This document shows positions 38,701-48,128 of a stretch of 53,456 nt of DNA, piece after piece. The stretch comes from Sarea resinae (Eukaryota): positions 310,001 through 363,456 of the forward strand of contig JAPEUD010000019.1 in the NCBI GenBank assembly GCA_026026165.1, given 5' to 3'. Numbering within the stretch: the first letter of the stretch is position 1; each line of letters opens with the position of its first letter. Position numbers and translations under genes: made by a program. The notes under the pieces were generated by a model. It was not told the DNA's origin, ran no database searches, and saw only the letters and a list, made by a program, of their open reading frames with translations.

Positions 38701-39153
38701 TATCTAGAGCAAGCAGAAGATCGCATGAACGTGGGCCTTCAGATTGCTCAACGGAACCTCGGTGAAGACCATATCGGCACCCTCTATGGTCGAGTGTACC
38801 TTGCACAAGTCCTCGTGGCCCAAGAGCGCTACGAAAAAGCAGAGGAGATGTTCCTGGATGTCATCGAGCGCCATAAACACATGGCCTCGGCCAGCAACAG
38901 CTATCATCCTGACCGAATCAGCGCCATGTCTTATCTTTTCGAATGCTACCGACGGCAGGGCAAATTTGAAGACGCTCTCTGTCTCTGTGACGAGATCTTA
39001 ACGGGGCTCCGCATCATCGGCGGCCACGCCCATCCCTTGACTAGGCAGCTTGAGGACACACGTAAAGAATTACTAGAAGTGTCTACAAGTCGAAGAGATT
39101 CCGCGCACGCTTCGATCACGACGCTCACCTCTACAGAGTCACTACTGCATTAG
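35719..39153 (+). CDS. Fungal NLR-like STAND protein: HeLo-like N-terminus, NB-ARC, TPR (~1093 aa)
   Basis: Exons 35719-36230, 36285-36432, 36479-36729, 36783-39153 (3282 nt). N-terminal MDPFSILAGTAGLLDV helical domain; FTGR, P-loop GLGGSGKT, Walker B WLLIIDNAD, ILVTTRN, LGALPLAL, MHPLVH; LGxEHPxTL-type TPR repeats. Confidence 0.92.
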
Positions 39154-40224
39154 CTAGGATTTCCTTGACTTATCTAATATGCACGAATGGTTATCGCTCG
39201 TACGAAACGGCCGCTTTCACCCCCAAATATACAGGTATTGTCAAACTAGCTAAATATCGTGTTCAGTCCTTCTGTTGAGCACACTCACAGGCAGTCGTCG
39301 GAGGCGCCAGCACGGACCTCTTCTTGGCCATTAAAAGACCTTCTCTAACGCTTAAGCTCCGTGGCTTTCAGGCTTGGGCCGAACGAGCTTCCCCTGGATT
39401 GAAGGAGGACAACAATAATGATTTAAATGTTCATTGGCAGGGACACACTCGATCACGCGGGTTGGAGTAACCACTCGTTGAGGAAACACTCCCAACTCGC
39501 TCGCGCACTCTTCACACCTTACTCACCATCAAAGCCTGCCGACCGAGCCGATAGAGCCCAGGCAACCTTGTCGCCAAGTCGCCAAACCGTCTGGGCCGCT
39601 TCGTGTGTTTGACCGGATGCCAAGAGACGTTGGATGCCTCTGGCGAGATCGAGGCAGGCTTGAAAAATCTCCGGCAGCGCGGGGTCGAGCCAATACTGGC
39701 GGGGTCGGACATATAACCTCGCACTGAGAAGAACATCTGCCATGGCCAGTTTCGATTTCGTCAGGCTATTGCCGCTATGGCGGACTGGATATCTATCTCC
39801 TGCATAGCCGGCTGCTACCCGCACCATCTCCCTTGGCGCCTCGTTGGTGGAGCTCATAAAGTATGCATCCTTAATCCACAATAGCAACATTCCGGCTGAT
39901 TCGTGATGAGATCACATCCACGGTCCTCACATCGCAGTCTGCGAATACGATCAGCCTCGCTAGGGGATTGCGGCAATGTTTAGAGATGTAAAATTCTCGC
40001 GGGTAGGTCGCCTGCCAAAGACTGTCCGGCGGCAAGGGCGGGAAGCCTGAGAGGCCTGTAGAGTGAGTTAGCAGCGAACGGCTGCTGAATATCAGGGCAA
40101 GCATGCCGCCGACCTCTAGGCCGAGTATCTCGTCCTCCGCCCCGTTGAAGTTTGCTGTTCTCTCCTCTGCCGCCGCCTCTTGCTCCTTGTCCAGCCTTGC
40201 CGTTACCCTTCTCGCCTCTTACGC

Positions 40225-40400
40225 CTTGGACTCCGCTATATGAGCTATAGCGTTAGAGTTTACAACGTTTAATAGATTACATTCAGGGCGGTGTAGTATT
40301 ACTAGTAGTAGAATTACGTGTAAATCAATTGTTACGCTCTAGTAACTAAGTATAATAGAGATATCTTATAAGCAAGCGCTTTCATACCTCTAGTAAGAGT
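40225..40400. repeat. Short TpA-rich RIP-like patch, possible LTR/TE relic
   Basis: Local rise in AT and TA/TAG content versus the flanks; no second copy recognised. Confidence 0.35.
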
Positions 40401-40851
40401 GGAGATGTGGAGATTGAGCGCGTAAAACCGGGGAAACGACGCGATCACGTAACTTTGTACTCGCGCCGTTCAGAAGCTTTCTCGAACGTCCCTCTGAACG
40501 GCCCCGGATTAGAGCTCCCAAATCAGAGCGATCTGCACTAACTTCGTCATGACTCTAGACTCTGATCTACTGAGCTTCCCATAAAATATCTACTATTGCT
40601 TTCTACTTTCTACATGACTTCCCAGAGGCTACTTTCTGATTATTGAGCATTATGAGTATACCCTAGGCTAATCTTAATGCTGCTTAAAACCTTTTCATTA
40701 CACTAATAACTTGATACCACTTTATGGACGTAAGCTTTCACTATATTGACGAATTTTCAAGAGTTGAATAGTATATAGTAAGGCGTATATACTCCACAGA
40801 TTAACAAGTATCCAAAAAATACGATTTCTACTCCGTCCCTGCAAAGGTCAA

Positions 40852-42636
40852 TTACAACCATGTAATGTTTCTATCATGATGACAGTTGGGGACTGGAGCG
40901 CTCGACCACCGTGGAGTTGCTTTCTCGTCACCAAGCCTGACGACAGGCTTGAGGATCGTCTGAGGTGCCCAGGGTCCGTCGGAATAGTGGGTCATCAACG
41001 GCGAGTCCTCGTCCAGGTAACCGGGTAGCCCCTTCTTCCAACCGTCGCAGACATTGGCCAGAATTTCGGACACGAACTGTCCAGGGTCGGTAGGGACGAA
41101 TTCGAACTTCTCTGCTGTCTTCTGAACCTGGTCCAGGGGGTACAATCCAACTTCTGGCTCCAAGGCGATCGCATCGGCTGAGACTAGAGAGCTGACAATA
41201 TGATATGATCCTCCCTTTGTAGCCCGGTCTCGAAGTGCCATCATCGCTCCCAACGCACCGACAAGGCCCGTGGTCATATCAGATATCGGCAGTGGTGGAA
41301 GGATACTCTTGCCGTGCGGGTGGCCCTGGGACCTTCCAATGATATACGAGCTCCCCGAAGCTGCGTCACCAATCTGCTGCCAACCCGGTCGTTCCGCGAA
41401 AGGACCATCCGGACCATACGTATTTTCGTCCACATAGATGATTCCTTTCCCTCGCTTGCCAGCCAGCTCGAGCAGATGGCGAAGGCCAAGCCCTTTTCTG
41501 TCAAAAGACCCGTACCGGAAACCTTGCACGAAGATGTCTACATCCTGAAGGAGTTCCTGGAGCCGGGCAAAATCTTCGGGCTTTTTGATATCAAGATCGA
41601 TAGTGCGTTTCCCGGCGTTGAGGACTAATTGCAGGACCTGAGAGGTTAGCATCCTTGACGAGAAAGAAGCGACGGGGCATCTTACATTTAGATCGGCCAA
41701 GTCGCTGCTATTGACCCTAATCACATCTGCACCAAAGGCGGCCAATATAGTTCCAATGCAAGGTCCCGCAATGATGCGTACCATCTCCAGAACTTTGACG
41801 CCTGCGAGTGGTCTGCTGTCGGACGGCACCTTGGGCCAGGGCACCTTTGGGGTCGGAATGGCGTACGTCTCGTGGGTGTAATTCACGAGGGGATGCTTGC
41901 GCAACTGCTTCCCCATCTCCGTCTTCCTCCAGCCTTCGGGGGTGTAACAGATGCTTCCGCAGAGTCCATTGCGCACGTTGTGCATCTCCAGTTCGTCCGG
42001 CCCCCACTTGAGCACTTGCTCCTGGACGTAGTCGTAGTATCCTTGCAACGTATCGAATGTGACATTGGTGTCGATGCCCATCGACGAGAGGGCTTTTTCC
42101 GCGTCGAGGGAGCCGTGAAGCTGGTACCACACGCCGGGATCCTTGGTCTGGTACAGGGCTGTCGCTCTGCTCGCGATGCCCCTTCCGAAGCCTTTCTCCC
42201 AGTTGCGCTCAAACAAATCGGCGAGCTTGCCCGAGCGGAAAAGCGCCGAGACGTCGGAGCCCTGGATGTAGGATGTGAAGACTGAGCCCAGCCAGATACC
42301 GGCCTGATCGGTGTTGATGGAGACGCTGCTCTTTGCTAAGGGCTGGCCATGGCGAAGCTCCAGGATCTCGTTTGCCACCACCCCACACATGGCGTGCAGA
42401 GAGGCCGCGACGCTGGGGGCTTTGATGGGGCCCGGGATCATAGGCTCCGGGTTGCCCTCGAAGTGAATCGTGTCCCATATTGTCCGATCTTGGGTGAAGC
42501 CTGGGGTGTTTGAGGCAATCCATTCAAAGATGCGGCGAGTGTCCTCTGGTACGGGGACGACTTTCTTATCGATAAACGTCCCCGGACCGTAGACCTCGGT
42601 ACCTGGAACCGTCTCGTGCGCGACCAAGACCGTCAT
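40852..42636 (-). CDS. CoA-transferase family III (CaiB/BaiF-like), long fungal form
   Basis: ATG 42636; in-frame 48-nt intron 41685-41638. Motifs RPLAGVKVLEMVRIIAGP, FGADVIRV, LNAGKR...LD, DIFVQGFRYG, YGPDGPFAERPGWQQIGDA, PPLPISD. Confidence 0.92.
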   Translation of the reverse strand: MTVLVAHETVPGTEVYGPGTFIDKKVVPVPEDTRRIFEWIASNTPGFTQDRTIWDTIHFEGNPEPMIPGPIKAPSVAASLHAMCGVVANEILELRHGQPLAKSSVSINTDQAGIWLGSVFTSYIQGSDVSALFRSGKLADLFERNWEKGFGRGIASRATALYQTKDPGVWYQLHGSLDAEKALSSMGIDTNVTFDTLQGYYDYVQEQVLKWGPDELEMHNVRNGLCGSICYTPEGWRKTEMGKQLRKHPLVNYTHETYAIPTPKVPWPKVPSDSRPLAGVKVLEMVRIIAGPCIGTILAAFGADVIRVNSSDLADLNVRCPVASFSSRMLTSQVLQLVLNAGKRTIDLDIKKPEDFARLQELLQDVDIFVQGFRYGSFDRKGLGLRHLLELAGKRGKGIIYVDENTYGPDGPFAERPGWQQIGDAASGSSYIIGRSQGHPHGKSILPPLPISDMTTGLVGALGAMMALRDRATKGGSYHIVSSLVSADAIALEPEVGLYPLDQVQKTAEKFEFVPTDPGQFVSEILANVCDGWKKGLPGYLDEDSPLMTHYSDGPWAPQTILKPVVRLGDEKATPRWSSAPVPNCHHDRNITWL

Positions 42637-42760
42637 GGCGGATTCAGAGGCAGCGAAAGAACGAGACAATTCGATAACAAGGCAAGTGACCCGATCACAA
42701 TTGAGATTCAAGGCTTCAAACAATCATAGCAATAATGGCCTTTCAGAAGGGAACGCCAGA

Positions 42761-42825
42761 CTCCGCTCGAAAAACCGGGGGACAAGGGGAGGCTCATCGC
42801 GGGGTCGAGAGGCTACCGCCCCCGC
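42761..42825. promoter_or_regulatory. Cluster of four SYGGRG (CreA/Cre1-type) motifs in the divergent promoter
   Basis: CTCCGC 42761 (reverse strand), CCGGGG 42775, GCGGGG 42799, CCCCGC 42820 (reverse strand) in the 376-bp intergenic region. The motif is short and can occur by chance. Confidence 0.35.
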
Positions 42826-43012
42826 TTTGATTTAAAAGACTGGCACCACTGACACCACTTCGCAACATGGATCACACGATCGGATCGCCGCTGAGGATCC
42901 GGCCAACATTTTATTCAGCTTGTACACATACATATGCTGCACATGACGCGTCTATCTCGCAATCTTCCACGATGCTTTTTCCGAACTTCAACAGTCTGCG
43001 AACGTGTCAAAA

Positions 43013-45248
43013 ATGTCGTCGAAAACGGAGGTCCGGCCTGTGCGAGTAGCAAATTGCTCGGGTTACCATGGTATGTGTCCGACAGCTCTGAAGCACTGAA
43101 CTGGGCCATGATCAATTGACTATCGGTGATAGGCGATCCGGCCTATGAGATGTATCGTCAAGCAACGCTTGGAGATGTCGATTTCATCACGGGCGACTAC
43201 CTCGCTGGTAAGCGTTGCCCCAAACCGGTATCTGAAGCCGCCATCGATATGTTCTGGAAATTGACATCAACCTCACAACGCAGAGGTCAACCTGGCAAAC
43301 AATGCCCAGGCATATCATGCCAGAAAACACCCTGGCTACGAGGAGACTGCCTGGGAAGGGATTCAGCAGACGATCGATGTCATAGCTCGGAAAAGGATTC
43401 GTGTAGTCATCAACGGAGGCGCCTTGAATCCGAAGGGCCTTGCTGAAAAGGTCGAAACTCTGGTGAGCAGCCATTCACGCCACGCCCATCTGAGTGGAAA
43501 TGCCGATGACCTCCATTGCCACAGGTCTCCGAGAAGAAGCTGAATCTACGGGTTGCCTATCTATCCGGCGATGATATGCATTCGCAGCTTGGGCCGAACA
43601 TGCCGTCGGCCAAAGAGCAATTGCTGCATCTCGATGCGGACAATCACTCCGTGGTACCGGCAGACCTGACGTATTCCTTCCTTGAGAACAACAACGGCAA
43701 GCCCGTACCAATGGTCTCCGCCCATGCGTATCTCGGTGCTCGTGGCATTGTCGACGGTCTTCGACGCGGAGCGGACATTATCATCTGTGGTCGTGTTGCT
43801 GATGCCAGCCCTGTGATCGCAGCCGCTTGGTTCTGGCATGATTGGAAAGAGACCGACTATGATCGCATTGCTGGGTCTCTCATTGCTGGCCATCTCATAG
43901 AATGTTCGGCTTATATCACGGGAGCGAATTTTGCGGGCTTTGACAAATACCCTCTGGACGATCTTGTTGCACCCGGTTTTCCGATTGCCGAGATTGCAAG
44001 TGATGGGTCTTGCATCATCACGAAGCATCCCAACACGCAGGGTTTTGTGAACATTGACACGGTTCGATGTCAGTTCCTGTACGAGCTGCAAGGAACAAAT
44101 TACCTTAACAGTGATGTCAACGCCTTCATTGGAGATGTTAGGGTTGAAGATACTGGAAATGATCGGTAAGGGTGGAGCGTCAGCCACAGAAAAAATCGAC
44201 ATGCGACTGATATCCAAGGCAGAGTTCGCGTTTCAGGAATCCGGGGATCACCCCCACCGCCAACGACGAAGCTCGCTGTCTTTTACCCAGCAGGCTATGA
44301 AGCGGAAATACTTCTGAACGCCACTGGATACGCCACCGCACAGAAATGGGATTTGCTTGAAAAGCAGATTCGTCATTTCTTACCTCCGGACGTTCTCAAT
44401 AGCCTCAGTACTCTCGAATTCCAGAGGTAGATGGTCCACCCCACCCCCTTCGTTTCCGGTTCTAAGACTTTGTCCGAAGAAAGCTAAGAGATCATCAGAG
44501 TCGGGACTCCTGCTCCTAATCCAATCTCGCAACTAGATAGTACAACCTATCTACGAATCTTTGTCGCTTCTCTTTCCGAACAGTCGGTGGCAGCCGTGTC
44601 TGGAGCAATGAAGGACGTTTCATTGAAACACTTTTCTGGTAAGGCTCAAATGACTTTTATCGCTTCCTGATCTAAGCAAGAGCTGCGGGATTAGGTTTTC
44701 ATTCATCTCTCGATACACGTACCGCGGTGCCGCGACCGTTTCTGGCATATTACCCCTCAATTGTTGAGCAGTCTGATATCCATGAAGAAATCAATTTTAT
44801 AGATGGTTCTACCAAGATCAGTTCGTTCAGCACGGGTCATCCTTCGCGATACGAGGCTCTTCGACCTCGCGAGAACTACGACCCTCAAGAGGTCAAGCAA
44901 TTTATTGGCCCGACAAAGGATATCCGACTTGGAGATGTCGCCTTGGCAAGGTCAGGCGATAAAGGCGCCAACCTGAACTTTGGCATTTTCGTTCTGGACG
45001 CACGTCATTGGGAGTGGCTCCAGTCATTCATGACTCGTAGTCGCATGCGCTGGCTCCTCGGTAATGACTGGAGCGACTCATTCTTCATCGAGCGGGTAGA
45101 ATTTCCCCATATTCACGCCGTCCACTTCGTCATCTACGGCATTCTTGGACGCGGAGTGAGCAGCTCCAGTCGTTTGGACGGGTTCGGCAAAGGATTTGCG
45201 GATTATATACGAGACAAGGTGATCTCATTCCCAGCCGAGCTACTCTAA
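43013..45248 (+). CDS. AtuA-like (DUF1446, acyclic terpene utilisation family) protein
   Basis: MSSKTEVRPVRVANCSGYH|GDP via intron 43071-43132. Motifs GDVDFITGDYLAE, VVINGGALNP, AYLGARGI, GADIIICGRVADASP, AGHLIEC, QFLYELQG, ARSGDKG, RLDGFGKGFADY; several further introns. Confidence 0.92.
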
Positions 45249-45449
45249 GGTGGCCGTTGCCATAGATTCGAGTCTGGATAGATGATTACCCTGTGAGTAC
45301 GTGCCTCATATTTCGTGTGCACCAACCCATTCACTACTTAAGTGACCATCTGAAATTAACTACATAATTAGCCAAGGCCTGCTCCCGCATTATTTTCTTC
45401 TCCTCTCTGTACATATATTGTACATATATTATACAGAGTGTTTCTATCA

Positions 45450-47100
45450 ATTCTGATCTCTATTCTCTAAAAAAAAATCTATTTTCACCTTGTTCACCTA
45501 GCCTAGCTAAATTATCTGACTTGACAGTCTATAGTATAGATATAAGTAGTGTGTATTTTATACAATGCTATAAGGGCTACTACTAATAGAGGTGCTATAT
45601 ATAGCTTAGTATAGCGCAAAGTAACTACCTAGTGTAGTTTAGCAACGTTTAGGTAAGCTAAGCAGAGTTATTAGTTATATAGATTAATAGAGGCGCTAGC
45701 TATTAAGGCTAGCATCTAGTGCAATTATAAAGTTAGTACCTACTAGTAATATCTATATCTATAGTATTAGTTCTGTATTACTAGAGTAATACTAGTATAT
45801 TATAGTGCACTAGCCTATTTAATTATACTATTCCTACCTACTCTACTATAGCTAGAAGTCTAAGAGGTAGTCTAACAATTCTAAACACTCTACTAATATA
45901 GTAGTAGACTAGGTAAGATAGTAATAATAAATACATATAATACTATAAAGGCTCTTAATACTCTACTAGGTAAAGAAGCTAATAGAGATAATAGTAAGAT
46001 AGTAGTAAGCTAGGTAGAAGGTAAGGTTAAGAAGCCTATCTCTAACTAGATCACTAATTAATTACTAAACTAAATATAGTAAGAGTATAATACTAAAGAG
46101 TAGCAAGCTTAATATTATTAACTCTAGAGAGAGATAGCTTAGTTCTATATAGAATAGCAACTATAAGCACTTATATAAGTATTATAGCTAGGACAAGGCC
46201 TTATAGCTGCTACACTAGCACTTTGCATTACTAACTAGACTAAAATCTAAGCTCTAGAGCTATTTATAAGTAAGATAATTAAAGAGCATAATAAATTTAT
46301 CTAATTCTATAAGATAGTGTTCTAACTAGAAGCTATTACAGATAAAAGTAATAATGTAGTAAAGGTGCTATATACTATACAGTACTTAAAAGATAAACTA
46401 GCGCTAGTGTAGCACTAGGTTAAAGAATCTACTAAGAAAGACACTTATACCTAAGATAAATTTATCTTATTCCTACTAGACTAAGTAGAAGATCTAGTAA
46501 ATTAAAGCAGTTTAATATTATAGCTATACTATAACGCTATATAGGCGCTGCACTAGAGTATTAATAGCTTTATAGCTTTCTTAGAACAGATTAAACTAGA
46601 AGTGCTAGAAGAATAAGATATCTTTAAAGAGTAGTAATACAACTTATTCTATACTAAGATCTAAAGTGAAATTTACTAGGAATTGCTCTAAACTCTACCT
46701 ATACTATAAAAGTAGAGCGCTGCTATAGCGTTAGCAAATTAGGTAGAGAAACTCCTTTATATAAGTAATAAAAGAAATAGAAATAAGAACTCTAATCTAT
46801 CTAAGCTAGATAATAAGTAATAGTATAGTAATAGTATAGAGAAGAGAAAGAGTTAGAATAAATAAGGAACTAAATAAAAGTTTAATCCTACTAAATATAA
46901 GGGTAAAAGCCTACCTCTATAAGAATAAAAAACTTCTGCTTAGCCTAAGAATAATAAAGGTAATAAGTTTATATAGTAGCCTTAATAGCTTCTTAATAAA
47001 GAGTATTACTATAAGTAAAAAGGTAACCTTTACCTAAACTGTAGCTAAAAGAGCTACTTTACTTCTACTTATAAGAATAAATATAATAATAAGCCTAACT
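45450..47100 (+). mobile_element. Heavily RIP-mutated LTR retrotransposon gag relic (Ty3/Gypsy-like)
   Basis: Very AT/TpA-rich. Reversing RIP at 47031-47072 (TAC CTA AAC TGT AGC TAA AAG AGC TAC TTT ACT TCT ACT TAT) gives CLNCGQKGHFASAC, a CCHC zinc knuckle. Gag-like KVLYxxQYL at ~46362. Boundaries approximate. Confidence 0.65.
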
Positions 47101-47657
47101 GCATTGCTCCTTGCAATCCTACTAGGATTAAAGAGATGTACTAGGTACGTACCCTCACTGCCCTGCCCTTGATTAGCCTGCCCTGCTAGCAGAAAGTAGG
47201 ATCAAGCACAGTAGGATTGAGCAAGATGCTAGCGCGTTGAAATCGCTCCTAGACGCTGCTAGCCGCATCTCTAACCCTTGAGCAGCCGCCTTTCTATAGC
47301 ACTTGATTGATTATCTCCTACTGTTAATGCTGTTTAGGCCTGCTTAAACTCTCTAGGGTTAGCTTAACCTTAGTTAGGGCTACCTTCTACTTGTACCCCT
47401 AACTGCATCGCTACTAAGAGCGACTAAGCGAGCGAGCGAGCAGGCGCGCCCTAGGTAACCCTCTCTAGTAGTAGCCCTAGGTAACTCTTAGTAGCTATAG
47501 CTACTTTTTTCGAAATAGCAACTAACTAACTAACTAACTAGTCGAGCGCGCCCTAGGTAAACCCCTTGTAGCACCTTAAAGGAAGCAAGCCTTAGTGGCA
47601 TCCTAACTGCATAGCTAGTCGCTATATCCTATCTGATGCAGCCGTTTAACAATTAAA

Positions 47658-47676
47658 CTTCTAGACAGTCTAGCAG
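47658..47676. repeat. 19-bp palindrome copy 1 (CTTCTAGACAGTCTAGCAG, one mismatch)
   Basis: Read directly; lies in the left direct repeat. Confidence 0.85.
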
Positions 47677-48128
47677 AAAAACCTCTCTCTCTAGGCTGCA
47701 GGCGCTTTGCCTGCCCTGCTTGCTAGCTATTTAGCCAGCTAGGCTAGCGAAATAATAAATGATCCTAAGCAGGCGTCTGGTGTTTGTTGACCGCCTAGCG
47801 CGCGCGCGTCGCTAATTAGCCAGCCTAGCTAGCAGAAAGTGCAATCAAGGTGGTATAGGATTAAGCCGACGCAAAACACCGACGCAAAACTAGCAAGACA
47901 TTGCATCTAACGCTGCTAGCCTAATCTCTAACCTGTAGGTGGCAGCCTTCCTATATACAACTAGATTAATTATCTCCTACTACTGTTAGAGCTGTTCTAG
48001 CGTGCTTAACCTCCTAGAGTTGCAAGGCCTTAGTTAGGGCTACCTTTAACTTATACCTTCTACTAAATCCCCTTAGTTAGTGGCAGCAAGCGCGCGCGCG
48101 CGCGCCCTAACTATCTATTACTATTACT

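Noticed and set aside
42637..42723. N-terminal extension of the 623-aa CoA-transferase ORF
   Set aside because: Starts at a non-ATG codon; the first ATG in good context is 42636.
27468..45248. Secondary-metabolite biosynthetic cluster or Starship cargo
   Set aside because: No PKS/NRPS/terpene synthase and no recognisable DUF3435 captain or Starship boundary in the window.
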